DNA of 61,837 bases, filler included, from Choristocarpus tenellus KU-1152 (taxonomy: Eukaryota; Protista; Phaeophyceae), in NCBI GenBank assembly GCA_964200185.2. It is 10 parts of 10 records of this genome, joined end to end, with 100 filler letters (N's around TTAATTAATTAA, not from the genome) between each part and the next. Parts side by side here need not be neighbours in the genome. Positions count along the whole stretch, not along the records: positions 14,702 to 26,237 come from CAXNAD020002271.1; positions 26,338 to 32,591 come from CAXNAD020008559.1; positions 32,692 to 40,615 come from CAXNAD020005388.1; 7 more parts are not named here. One strand, given 5' to 3'. A program made the position numbers and the translations under genes. Of this stretch, positions 25,632 through 38,013 are shown piece after piece. Each line of letters starts with the position of its first letter. Within the stretch, counting starts at the first letter, position 1. The notes under the pieces are model-generated. The model was given only the letters and a program-made list of their open reading frames with translations, did not search any database and was not told the origin of the DNA.

Positions 25632-26158
25632 TTATGCTGTTTTCTTTTTCTTGTGAGATCCGTAAATGTACATAACCTGATACAGTCATCTTTCAGTAGT
25701 GTAGTCTCTCATGACATCATGATTTAACTCTTTGTACGTAAGAGTTCCGGGACACACAACACAAACCCTAACCCTTAATATTTCTGCCAGTTAATATTTG
25801 CTAATTTGTGACTTGGTGCAACTGCTCTTTTGGGAGGGGGAGGCAAAGCACTGGTGGAGATCCCCACCCCCCACCTACAGATGGGAGGGATGGACAAGCC
25901 TTGATCGATTTTTTGTGTCTCAAGTTTTTTGTCTTCCTTGAATTAGAGCACACAAGCAACCCACCAAAGTACCTTACCAGCAATTGAAAAATATACACGC
26001 CTCCTGCTCTTCGAAAGGAGTGAGGTGTTGTCAATGAAGCATCAAATCCGTATGCTTGCTTCCAGTATGCTTCACACATCTGCATGTGGCACTCTACAAT
26101 ACACCAGCAATTTTGGTTTCTTTTAAAATTGTTCCGCCGAATGCACTTCTTTGAATCA
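25632..26158 (-). CDS. Possible last two exons of an unknown Cys-containing protein with a hydrophobic tail and KKxx end
   Basis: Exon 26158-25978 (..CIRRNNFKRNQNCWCIVECH..GGVYIFQLL|gtaagg) joins exon 25676-25632 (VMYIYGSHKKKKTA*). The rest is cut off by the contig end. Confidence 0.35.
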
Positions 26159-27528
26159 CTTAAAATTAAATGTAGGAATGTCTGGTGTAGAGGGGGGGGG
26201 GGGGGGAGCCGGGATGCCTAACCGGGATACTTAAGTTNNNNNNNNNNNNNNNNNNNNNNNNNNNNNNNNNNNNNNNNNNNNTTAATTAATTAANNNNNNN
26301 NNNNNNNNNNNNNNNNNNNNNNNNNNNNNNNNNNNNNGCCTTGTCCATCTTACAACTCTATTGTTATTAACATTGCTATCACCATCATCATCATTATCAT
26401 ACCTGGGACAATGTACCTCTCAGTGCAAGGGTTGCTCTGTACTTTTGATTTTTTTTTTCCTATCATGGATGCTGTTCGTTTTAATGTGAAGGTTGTGTTG
26501 GTCTACACGGCTCTTTGTCCAGACAATGGTTGTGTAACTGTCATATTTGTGTAACTGTCGTATTTGGTGTTTTGTGTGCATGGCACCAGAGTACGTTTCG
26601 ATCATAAAGTATATCGTTTAGCACAAGGTTTGAAGTAACTCTTCTTGTCCACAAGAACATTTGCGTAATTCTTTTTATTATTATTATTCAAACTACTTCT
26701 GTGTTGATCTTCTTTTTATTATTATTCAAACTACTTCTGTGTTGCTCTAATTCTTCTTCTTCTTCTTTCGCACTCTGGTTTGAACGTTTTTTAAAAGGTG
26801 GAGGAAGCAAAAAAAAATGGCATGAGAAGGAAGAAAAAATCAAATTGGAATAATTTTTTGTGTGTGGACTCTCTCTCTTAACATCTGCTATCTAGTTAAC
26901 GACTGGGACCATTTGGAATGCCTGTTGCCTTTGGTATTGCTCTGGGTTGTATGCACTAGATATTCTTGGTTTTTTTTTGGCAAATGCTTGAGTCAACTCA
27001 GTCTTTGACGTTCGTAGGCCATGGCAAGCATCTTGATCTCTTGATCTCTGTTTGGTCGGTAACATTGGCATTCATTTGGTTGGTATTACCCAAGCAGTAT
27101 ATTTTCCAAGGTGTCAACTGTTTTATTAATTTATTATCGTGTAAAGCGTTCTAGAAAGATACTTTCTTCCTATGCAGGGATGTAAGGCAAATAGGGCTGC
27201 AGTATAGTAGGCGGTGAGGTAGGTCTGTGGGAAGAAATGGGCGACAGTATAGTAGGTATAGCTTGTTCCCCTGGCAATAATCCCGATAATGTTATGTCCT
27301 ATCCCCCCACAGACGGGTCAATATGTTGGTCCATGGCAAGTATCGAATTTCCTGCAAAAAAAATAAGCGCGGTTATACTATGTTTGGGGGTAGTAACGCT
27401 TTACATTCCTCTCTTTTCCTTTTCCTCTATTTGGTGGATAAAGGTGTAAACGCCATTTTTGTTGGCAAAGAACGTTCCCGGTCATGTCCCTCCCATTCCA
27501 CTCCGTGTGTGTGTCCCTTGGTTAATAG

Positions 27529-30500
27529 GTACCCTGTAGATACCTTCCGATGGTACATGTGTCGAGATGCCACGTATGGGTGTGACCTATCCTTCAGCTG
27601 CACGGCCTTGGTCCTTGCACACAATTCAGAGCTGTGCGATACCCTTGGTAACTTGGTTCACAGATCTCTATCGCTCATGGGGAAGTACAATGGCGGTGAG
27701 GAGATGCGATCTGTGTAGGGTTTGTAGGAGATAGTGAGGCGTTTTCTTGTTGCTGTTACGGGACATTGTTGTCGTAATCTTGTCGCTTCTTTTTTTGTGC
27801 TTTTTGTTCTGTGTTTTTTTTTTTTGTAGGTGGGATGGTGTACACGCCTCTAGGTCGGGGTCCTTACGCGATGCTGGAGTGTGTCTGCCTCTCTCTTCGC
27901 CTGGATGTGTCTGTAGTCAAAGTCCCTGCCATAACAGTTAGATATGTGTTGTCTTATGGGTCAGTTAGCTCGGACCTTAGCCGTACCTATGGAATTGGAC
28001 TGTAGAGAGAGCCCCTAAGAGTGGATCCTTTGTAGACAGAAAAGGGTACACCTGATAAAAATGCTGTACATTTTCTTGTCGTTTGGTGAAGAAACACTGG
28101 ATACATTTAGATATATTGGACAAATTTGTAGGCCCACCCTGCCTACCGACCCTTTTTTTAATATTATTTTTTATTTTTTTTAGTTACGGGGGATGAAGAC
28201 AGTTGGTTGTGGGAGGGACGTCCTGTGCGTAGACAATTCGAATGTCATGCTTCTTTGTGTGCTTCTTTGAAGGGTGCTTTGAAGGGTGCTTTGAAGGGTT
28301 TGTCGGGGGCTGTATCCACCTGACGGCTCACTGCTGGTGTTGTCTCTTGTGATTGGTGCATATTTATTCTGGACAAGTTCTTGCCTGGGGTGCACACGCC
28401 TTGGTCCTACATGACAAGTGTTCGTCTGGGGTGAGATTGTAGACTGAAGTGATACATATTGACTACGAGTTAAATCAGGAACAACTCCTCATTGCTTGTT
28501 ATTCTCCACCCGCACACCCACCACCCCCCTCGTCCCTCCCCCAGATACACACCACATAAACAAAAGATTGTATCTAAANNNNNNNNNNGGGGGGTGTGTA
28601 GCGTGAAGTCTTACTAGTTTCCTCCCGCGCCAACAAGCAAACAACCCCCTTTGTTTTTTTTTTCCCCCCCCCCCCCCCCCCCCATCTCTCTCAAATAGAA
28701 CTGTGGTGCATTTTCTTACTGAGCAGTTTTGCTACTGTACCCTCCCTTACGTGTATGTCACTTTTGGGAGATTAGGTATAGTCCCAGAGCAACAGCCAGG
28801 ATTTGACTTCCGTCCCTTTGACTTTGGAGTCACTAGGAAGGCAGCGGAGGAGGCCATGGCAGTCTATGCATTGCAGGTTTGAGGGAATTTATGTTGGTGG
28901 GATATTTATGTTGCTTGAGTTGGTTGTCAAGGAAGGCAGCAGAGCTTCTGCCTACCTGGTTTAATCGACTCCTGGCACCTATGTGATGTCACAAGAGTGA
29001 GCTGTTTTGATGAACATGTAAATGAACAGTTGCAAGGTTGTGACATTTAACCAAGTACAGTGTTTTGGCCTCTGTGGTGTTATTAGAGTCTAGACTAAAG
29101 TATGTTAGGGTTAGGGCCCGAGGAAACACACAGGTACGGTTTGGTAGTCATGCATTGATACCCCTGCCATTAGTTGTTGACCCTGGGCAGGTAATGATTG
29201 TAACTTTTTTAAAGGAGTGGGGTCGTCTGTGAATTGGGGATCTATTTTTTATTTTGACTATGCCTGTTGGTTGCTTCAACCAGTGATGCCAATATTGGAG
29301 TGTGTTTGTTGTACAATCATGCGGATACTTGATTTAATTTTTGTGTAATTTTTTTGTGTCTTTTTGTAACCCTCAGTTTTTTGTTGTGCTGCACAGGTAT
29401 GTGAGTTACTTGAATTGGTCAAATATGTATTGAGGTATGTATCTATTGCATAGAGCAATGGAGTGACAGAGGGGCTAGGGCTAGAGTCAGGTGATGCAGC
29501 ACAGAAAGGTCAAATACATAGAGATTGACTCTTGTGACATATTTGAACTATTTTTCTTGGAATTTTTTGTTGTTGTACAACCTGTAACCCTCAATGTCAC
29601 TGTTGTTATATTGTTAATTTGTTATTATATTCAACCTTGGCATGGGTTTGCAGGATGTTTGTGCCTGTTCAATGGAAGCTCTTCGAGATACCAATAAATT
29701 TCTCCAGGATGAAGAGCCCTGGAAGCTTTCAGGGGAAGAGTTTGCCTCGAAGAGGTTGGAGATTGTTCGCATTTGTCTGGAGGCGGTCTATGCTGTTACC
29801 CACCTGTTGGTAGCATTCATCCCCACTGCTGGGTCACGCATCTTTGAGAAGCTAGGTGAGTAGAGTTCATTCCAGGCAGGTTATTTGTCCATCTTGCTTC
29901 TAGTTGGTAGGGTGTGAGTAGTCCTGTTTACTGGATGCAAAAGAGTTTTGTTGTGCATGTCTGGTATTGCCTCTATGGGTGGGATTTCTTACCTCAGGAG
30001 GTATCATGTGTGTATCTCTTACAGCCCTTAGTTGGGCACAGAGTTTTTCAGTGGGTAGTTCAAGTGAGGTGCTAAATGGCTCGGATCAAACCTGGTCAAT
30101 TGCAATCGGTGGCATAGGTTTAGTTCAAGGGATTGTTTCACCTTCCCTTGTTTTCCATCCCATGTCCACCTCGACAAGATTGGATCTTTCTTTACCCCCA
30201 TAAGTTAAGTGAGAAGTTAAGTGCCGTCTGTGTTCAAGTGCCCTGCGGTTTGCACGAAATTTGTCGGCAAGAAGAGTTTCGTCTTTGACTCATCGAAGAC
30301 TCAGGTCTGAATGGCATGTGAGAATGGCACAAGTTGAGAGACACTTGTGGGGTGTGTTCCAAGGGGGCACCTGTTTTGTGCTTTTGACTACTGTTATTGT
30401 TCTAGTTGTGTGTGTGTTTTTTATTTTATGTTCTATATTAGTTTTGTTTTTAGACCTTGCATTTGATATCTAACAGAGACGATAATCCGTATTCTCCCCC

Positions 30501-30533
30501 TTTTTAGGTTAACTTAATACTCCCTAATCCTCT

Positions 30534-30580
<47 letters not shown>

Positions 30581-31111
30581 TTCTCTTTTTCCTCCTCCCC
30601 CCCCCCCCCCCCCCCCCCCTTTCTCCCGCCCCCCTACACTACTATCCNNNNNNNNNNTTTTGTTTCTTTTTTCCCCCCCTTCCTCTCCCCCCCCCCCCCC
30701 CCCCCTTCCTCTCTAACTCTCCCTGTTGTGTTTTACTGAGAAGGGACACCCCCTATCCCAATTGGAAAGCTTCGAGCAGACTTCCAGAATATTCCTGCAG
30801 GCTCCAAGCTTACGATTGGTTCAATCTTGTACAAAAAACTTGATCTTCCTGCGGAGGATGCAAGCAAGCAAACTGGGGCAGGGGCAACGGCTGCTATAGG
30901 GGTGGATTCAAAGGCAGTGGGGGAGGGGGAGGGTAAAACCGTTGAGAAATTGGTTGCTGCAGGTGGAAAAGAAGGGGGTAAAGTTAAGAAGGCAAAGGAG
31001 TCCAAGGGTGGGGACAATGGAAAGGGCAGTGCAGGGGGAGTGGGTGGGGAACCTGACGCTAACCAGGATAACTTTACCAAGATAGATATTCGTGTGGGAA
31101 GGATTGCCAAG
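27529..31111 (+). CDS. MARS: Methionyl-tRNA synthetase, internal fragment (anticodon-binding domain, linker, start of EMAPII/Trbp111-like tRNA-binding domain)
   Basis: Exons 27529-27695 (YPVDTFRWYMCRDATYGCDLSFS..HNSELCDTLGNLVHR), 28776-28876, 29654-29855 (TNKFLQDEEPWKL..LLVAFIPT) and 30744-31111 (..NFTKIDIRVGRIAK|gtgagt). Phases match. Confidence 0.9.
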
Positions 31112-33389
31112 GTGAGTTAATTTTTGTTTGTGTTTGAATTATGAGAAGATGGTCCTCCCATAGGCCAGGGTGTTGGTATAGCTTGGTGGAAGTATGTGAA
31201 AAGTAAGACTTTCAAGTACGATGGTGTTGTAGATGTATCTGTGGCGTTGGTAGAAGCAAAACGAAGCTATTTGTAACTGTTGTAACTGTCAGAAAAAAGA
31301 AAAAAAGCAGAGTGTATGCTAGAAGGGTGGAAGAGGAGCTAGCCGCCTCTTTTTTTTTAACGTGAATCAAAAGTTGATTTCATGTTTGCCCAGGAGATCA
31401 GGCCAAAAGGAAGGAATCAAAAGAAGGAGGTCAGGGGTAACTGGGTGGTATGATACAAGATGTCGACAGTTTGCTAGATCTAGTATAGACCATCAGCGAT
31501 AAACCTTGCACTCCTGGGGGACGATTAAATTTTGTTTGGTAAATTTGTCCAATCTACTATGTATTAATGCTCTGCATACATTCCTGAGGCAGGTCGATCA
31601 CTTGATTTGTAAGAGAGATTGTACAATCTTGATAACAGTGAATAACCTGAGGACTAATCTAGGGGTGTTATTTATGGAGGGTGCTGTGTTCTTGGGTGTC
31701 TTGAAGGCGTGTGCTGTGATATGAAAGGACCTCCACCGGTGGATTTGAAAGTCTCTGCTTTCACTTAATGATGATATATATATATTGTTCATTCTGTTGT
31801 TTTTTTTATTGATCATGTTATTACAAAAAAATTATGCCTGCATCGATCCTCTTAGCACCAGTTTATTTTTTATATTAAGCTACAATATTTTTCTTGTTAA
31901 ACAGTTTAGAAAGATAGCTTTTTAATCAGGAGGAGTAAGATGTTTCATGCATTCCAGTGTGGTATATGATATTTTCTTGTGCATGTTCATTTGTGACATC
32001 AATGTATTGATTGTGTTTTTTTGGTATGAATTTAACCATCAAGTACCTTCTTATTGCTATTTTCTGTCTCACCCTGGTTGTTATTGATAAACATTTTTTT
32101 TTTTTTCGTGCTTTGTCTTTTCAAATATATTAACATTTGGAGGATGTTGCTTGAACCTTGAACAAATAAAATCAGTAAAGTGTTGAGTTTTATGATCGGT
32201 TGGAAGTTATCGTGTGTATCATGTGTATACCTTTGGGTTAGTCCCCACCTCCGTTGAACACAGCTGCATACATTAAGAAATTTGTGAAATCTTAGTTTTA
32301 AACTCCTGTTAGAGGAAATAATCTTCCCAGGTTTTTGCCTTGCACCTTGACATTTTCCTACTTTAGAGGCATATCATGCTCAGATCTTGGTTAATTTTAC
32401 CCATCCTCTTGGACTCCTAGTTACCTTAAGTACAGAGCCATACCAAGGTTCAAATTAGTATGAACAAAAACTAGATTGCTAGTTCGAAAGGTCCTGTCCA
32501 TGGGGTGACTCAATATGATAAGTGTTGTAAGCACAGCATGCTTGGTTGATGTATTGGTTGAGTTCTCTTTTATGTTACTGCTTCCCCCCCCNNNNNNNNN
32601 NNNNNNNNNNNNNNNNNNNNNNNNNNNNNNNNNNNTTAATTAATTAANNNNNNNNNNNNNNNNNNNNNNNNNNNNNNNNNNNNNNNNNNNNCTTGTGGAT
32701 GTTTACACGTTGCTAACACGGTGCACGCAGTTACCCACACCACCGCTGGAAATCACAAGACCCCAAGACTTTGTGTGTGAGGGGCGGCAATGATTTCGTT
32801 TGGTCGTCGTGCATATGTATGCCCTGCGTTGGCTTGCTTGCTTGAATAATTAGTGCGGTCGGTGGAGTCGTTTGACTGTCGATGGTGAAGGTGGTAGAGA
32901 AAAATAGTACTTCCAAGCAGTTTTTTCAGGGCGGAGTTTCATCGTCATTTTGGATGGTTGACTGACAAGCTGAGAAGAAGAAGTGTTATTTTCCCATTTT
33001 ATTAAATTGTTTATCAATTATTGCTATCGTCACCAAGTAGAAGAAGAAGCTAACATTGAGTGCATAGAAGTATTGACATTATATGATGATCGACCTCTTT
33101 GTACGAAATTGTCAGTCATGCCCGAGATATCGGTTGTTGCGATCTGCCCCCCCCCCCACTCTGCCTGTCAGATACGCCGATTTGCATTCATCTATTTTTT
33201 CGTGCAAGTTGTTGGACTTGTAATACATCGCAAGAGAACAACTATGAGAGGGAGAATAAGGCCACAACAACCCAGAGCTAAAATATAGTAAAAAAAAAAC
33301 TTGTATCACATAAAATAAAAGAAAACATCAGCTTTTTAAATTTGCTGCTCATTCGTTGTACCCCTCCTCCCCCCGCCACTGCGCGAAAT

Positions 33390-33692
33390 TCTGCACGTCA
33401 GGAATTACTTTTCTTGAGAAGTGTTTTTGAGTTTATTCAGCCACAGTTTCCTAGGCGTTGCATTGAATTGTTTGAGGATAACGATGGTGCATGCAAACTA
33501 GTACGAAATGCCCCAAACTCTACTAGAACAAAGCACATTGATGTCCGACATCATTTTGTGAGGGATTTATCTAGAAAAGGAGAGATTTGTGTTGTTTTTG
33601 TTGGTACTGCAAATCAGAGGGCAGATGTATTGACCAAGAATTTGCCAGTCCGAGTTTTTAGACAACATGTAAACTTTTTGATGAACATGTGA
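33390..33692 (+). mobile_element. Ty1/copia retrotransposon, RNase H C-terminus (5'-truncated)
   Basis: ELFEDNDGACKL...RTKHIDVRHHFVRD...VGTANQRADVLTKNL matches the copia RNase H signature (DN..A, KHID, ADxLTK). Confidence 0.92.
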
Positions 33693-33760
33693 CACAACAT
33701 GTGTGTTTTATTTTATTTTATTGTTGTTATGATTGTTTGAGAGTTAATACTTGTTTTCAG

Positions 33761-34050
33761 TAAGGGGAGGATGTCGAATAATCTAGTGTTATCCTTACGT
33801 TATCTGTGCTGATCCAAGTAAACAACATAGCTTATATGCACGCTGATCTTCAGTATAGTACAATACAAGGTAGTAACGTACACAGCGGTATGTTATGGTG
33901 AGTTAGTGGGACATTACAAATGGTATAGTGGGACAATAGCATCAAGTGGACAATACCTTGCGGATAATTAATAATTCAGTGTGTACTTTACCATGTAATT
34001 CGACTGCTAGCTTCCGGCGACGAGCCTTACGTGCGCCAAGCTTTTCAACA
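33761..34050 (+). mobile_element. Polypurine tract plus ~279-bp 3' LTR of the copia element
   Basis: PPT AAGGGGAGGA (33762-33771) is followed directly by TGTCGAA at 33772 and ends TTCAACA at 34050 (TG...CA termini, 7-bp inverted ends with one mismatch). Confidence 0.8.
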
Positions 34051-34411
34051 CTATTGCAAAAAAAAACACCGGTGCCAATGGAACACCTTCAGGGGCAAAC
34101 CTTCATTCCAGTCATTGATACACAGCAGCACACCTGCAGAGTCAATTACCACCCACAATACTACAAAGTCAGCTCCAACACCTCAAGCAGACGAAGTAAC
34201 CCCTTGAAGAGGGGGGGGGGGGATGACCCTACACCCTCCATATGCTTATGTCATCACAGAACTCAATGACCCAACATTTTGTTCCAAATACACTTGTATT
34301 GACCGGCCCTGCAGCCTATTACTCAAACGTAGCTTTTTCCGTTGTTGGTACACAAATCTCCATCCGGTCAGCAGATCTAGTTCAAAAGAGGGTTTGACAA
34401 CGCCAGGTAGT

Positions 34412-34593
34412 GGCTCAAAGTATCTGGGGGGGGGTAGCGGCTGTCCATTTGTGGCCAATTTTTTCCATGTCGCAATTTTTTGGGTGATTTGGTTGCATAT
34501 GTCGGATGGACAATGTAAGTGCACTTTTCCTGGTCATGGCCCAATATGGACACCCTAGTGTAGACTCCCTCCCTCCCCCAGATACTTTGGGCC
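34412..34593. mobile_element. Complete 182-bp MITE, subfamily A, with 3-bp TSD AGT
   Basis: TIRs are GGCTCAAAGTATCTGGGGG and CCCCCAGATACTTTGGGCC. AGT flanks both sides (34409-34411 and 34594-34596). Confidence 0.9.
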
Positions 34594-35165
34594 AGTAGCA
34601 CCCACTATAATATTTGAAACCTACACTAATACTCAAAACTAGTCGTAGTACAACAACTAGCACGAAATACACAGCCATACACAAACAAGTGCACACCTAG
34701 AACACAACACCATTTCATTGCCATGACTGAGTCGTTCCTGGCACCATCTACGTGCTCACACCTGTCCTCCAATTGTATATCCACAGTGCCCGACTACTAC
34801 CTGCACACCAACATCGATTGAAAGACAACCATTCCGCACTTATATCAATATAATTGTTGCAAGCATGAACCAGAGTCATTACCCCTTCCAACAATCAGTA
34901 CTCTCAACGTCCCAGCAACTCCCACAGACCACACCATCATTCACAAGGTCCTAGAGAGGAAAAGGAAGACAGGAGTCGGTCTTGGTGCCAATCCATTTAG
35001 GCGCACAACACCAGAAAAACGCATGTAGGTGTGGAGCGACCATCGTTTGACAAGCAAAGTCTTGAAATTCGAGTAGAACCAGCCTTCCTCTGTCTGAACA
35101 AACCATCTTCCGCCTTTTTTTTTCCATTCTTCCGCTACTACCTGAATGCCCCACCTTTCCACAGC

Positions 35166-35325
35166 AGTAAGGTGACCTGCACTCTCTTACACAGCCTCAA
35201 CGTCGTAGAGAGAGATCCTGAAGCTGTCATCTTGGTTGAAGGCCATCGGTGTGATCCAGTGCATACAGTAAGGGTGACCCGCACTCTTTACACAGCCACA
35301 AGGTTGTAGAAAGAGATCCTGATGC
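35166..35325. repeat. Diverged ~60-bp direct duplication with a period of about 100 bp
   Basis: CAGTAAGGTGACCTGCACTCTCTTACACAGCC..GTAGAGAGAGATCCTGA versus CAGTAAGGGTGACCCGCACTCTTTACACAGCC..GTAGAAAGAGATCCTGA. Confidence 0.75.
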
Positions 35326-36799
35326 CATCATATCAAGTGCAGGTCTCGTCGTGAACACGAGTGACTGACTTTGCTCATGTCCACAAGGTCCGTTCCTCAC
35401 TGGTAGTGCGGCGTCCAAGCCACAGACGCGATGGTGGAGATTCTTTCCCCCCAATTCAAGAGAAGTGGAGAGGGAGGTTGGTCCAGGATATCCCAAGGAG
35501 CCAATAACAGTCCAGTGTGGTAAACTGAGTACTCTCTCTCCAGTATGAAGAGACGAGATAGGACCTTCATGTTGCAAAATTCTCCCACAGCTTACAACGA
35601 TGGGATATGCAGCTCCAATCCACAACCCTATAGGCTGATGATGGGGTTTGTAGACGGTTCCATAATGGAAATATCATCACAGATGCTGGATCTCTCACTT
35701 TGATTGTCACTTTGCACTTTGATTGAGGTATATAGAAAGACTTAAATAACCTTGGCATACGCAACGAATGTGTGCAGATTTAGACTGTTGTTTGTATCAG
35801 TATGGAAGAAGAGAGAAGAAAGAGATGAGAACCTCACACGATTCCCCTTTCCTAAACGCGATGAGATGATTGAGAAGAAGTGTGATATTATTATACATGG
35901 TGGGACTTTGTTTAGCACCTGCTGTTTCTAGAAAGAATCACTAAAATGAAGAATTATGTCGTTTTCAGATAACTCCATCACCACATAGAAAAATGTCCTG
36001 AACATGTGGACGTTCAATCTATTACTTGTCGATATATAACCCACTAAGACATTAACCATTGTCCCGAATGCTTTGACCCAAACCATATAAGAGGATAGGA
36101 GAGTGTTCCCCTGTTTAACTGTTCGGGGCTTGAGATCCAACGGGTGTTTTTGCCATTTTTCGGTTTTCTGCATGAACACAGTTACCTAGAATGTATACGA
36201 CTATGAAAGGTGTGTCCACAGCAAGGATATTGACACTATTATAGCTAACCAACACGATAGCCAAAATGAATCAAAATCGGTTTTATCTCTGATTATATTT
36301 CATCCCGGCGTGTATTTGGTGCGTAGTGTAGAGTGAGCATGATGAACTATGAAGGGGTAATGCCAGTCAAGGAAAATAATAATCAACACATGATATCCAA
36401 CTGACAACTTCTTGTGTGAAGAATAAGAATAAGAGGAAAAAACAAAGAGGAAACAAGGAGAGAAACATGAATCAATGTCTGAGGGAACTGATGTGACACA
36501 TGGTATGCCCGTATGTGCGATAAGAAGCGACTGTTCTTATGGTTCGTATGTACTGTGGTATTGTGAAGGTGATTGATGGTGTTGTGATGAGGAGCTAATG
36601 GGGTAAGCGAGAATACCAACCATTACAATGGACAAATCAACATTCAGTATGGACTGATGATACTGTATCATAACAAAACAAATCAAATGAGTAGCCTCTG
36701 TTTTAATAATCAACTTACTCAGGGCAAACACCGATTGCGCATACTGTTCGTTGGGTCTGGCAGGCGACACTAAACCAAACTAGACCATCAAGAACGATC

Positions 36800-37410
36800 T
36801 TCTATATCAGAAGCACTCGCGGGGCCTAACGCTCGAGAATGGCAAGCGGCAATGGAGGAGGAGATGGAGGGACAATGGATGAAGGGAACATTCACAGAGG
36901 GAGAGATTTGCCATGGGGAAGGAAACCTGTCAGCACTAGGTATTATTTGAGATAAATTGGACAGCCGAAGGGGCCATCAAACGGTTCAAGGCCAGGTTGG
37001 TGGTACAGGGCTTCACTCAACAGAAGGGTCATGGGAACTCTTCAACACATTCATCCCAGTGGATGATATTATCAGGAGATAGCTAGTGGATAGCAATGGC
37101 ACACGGGATAAGACGAACGGAATTTATCGGAGGAATCCTAGTGGAGCTTGGCATATCACAAGGGGTTACAACTTAGTATGGGGATAACCGAAGCGCAATA
37201 CAATCAGGGACAATTGTGGTGTTCAATGAATTGAGGCACATGGACATCACGTTAAAATACACAAGAGGGTATGTGAACCAAGGAATTTTTATAGTGAAGT
37301 ATATACCTACGGCACTGCAACTTGCTGACATTATAACAAAAAGACTATGGAAGAAGCAGGTACAAGGCTTCGTAGATACTGTGTTGATAAAATTAGTGTG
37401 TGAGAGTTGA
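36800..37410 (+). pseudogene. Second, internally deleted Ty1/copia pol relic (RT start joined to RNase H)
   Basis: EALAGPNAREWQAAMEEEM and IKRFKARLVVQGFTQ (RT N-terminus) lie within about 150 bp of YGDNRSAIQ..RHMDI..YIPTALQLADIITK (RNase H), with frameshifts and stops. Confidence 0.85.
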
Positions 37411-37801
37411 AGCAATTTTTGTTCTTTTACATACACTCTCATGCTGGAGTGTGCAGAATACGATATGAAAAATGGTAATATGAAACCGAGAGAAGTCAAA
37501 GCATTAAGAGTGTAGAGCCAAGTCCGTTCAGGGTCCAAAATCAATGTTATAAACCATCCTTCGAAACCCTTCTCAGCTACGGTGACAAGCCTCTTCATAC
37601 AGGATGCCATTGGCTCATAGGTGTAGACATTGATCTAAGAAGAGATGGCCACAGTCTACAAAGAAGAGTCCTCAGACCACCTCCTATACGCACGTTTTCA
37701 CCCCCGTTTCGTTTTGCTTTTTGCCATTTTGGGGCATTTCGAAACGGAAAATTGTAACAACTGGGAATTATACGGCAATTTTTGAGACATTTCTGAACGA
37801 G

Positions 37802-37911
37802 GCAAATCTGAAAGGAGGGTGGACCAGACCATTCTTGACCAGTTTTCAAGGCTAATCTGAATAGAGGGTGGATCAGACCATTCTTGACAAATTTTCAAGG
37901 CAAATCTGAAC
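37802..37911. repeat. 49-bp tandem repeat (about 2.2 copies) upstream of the Harbinger transposase
   Basis: GCAAATCTGAA..GAGGGTGGA(C/T)CAGACCATTCTTGAC.A.TTTTCAAG is repeated, followed by a third GCAAATCTGAA. Confidence 0.85.
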
Positions 37912-38013
37912 GGGATTCTTGGTGTTTCAATTTGCCCACTGTTGTTGTTCATAGCAATGTACTCGGGGCCACAGAGTTACTACCTATGGCACATCTGGTT
38001 CAAGACGGACAAA

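Noticed and set aside
25990-26030. HSFRRAGG as a tyrosine recombinase (DIRS/Crypton) motif
   Set aside because: No downstream W/H and catalytic Tyr context was found; the best next exon gives a hydrophobic tail ending KKTA*.
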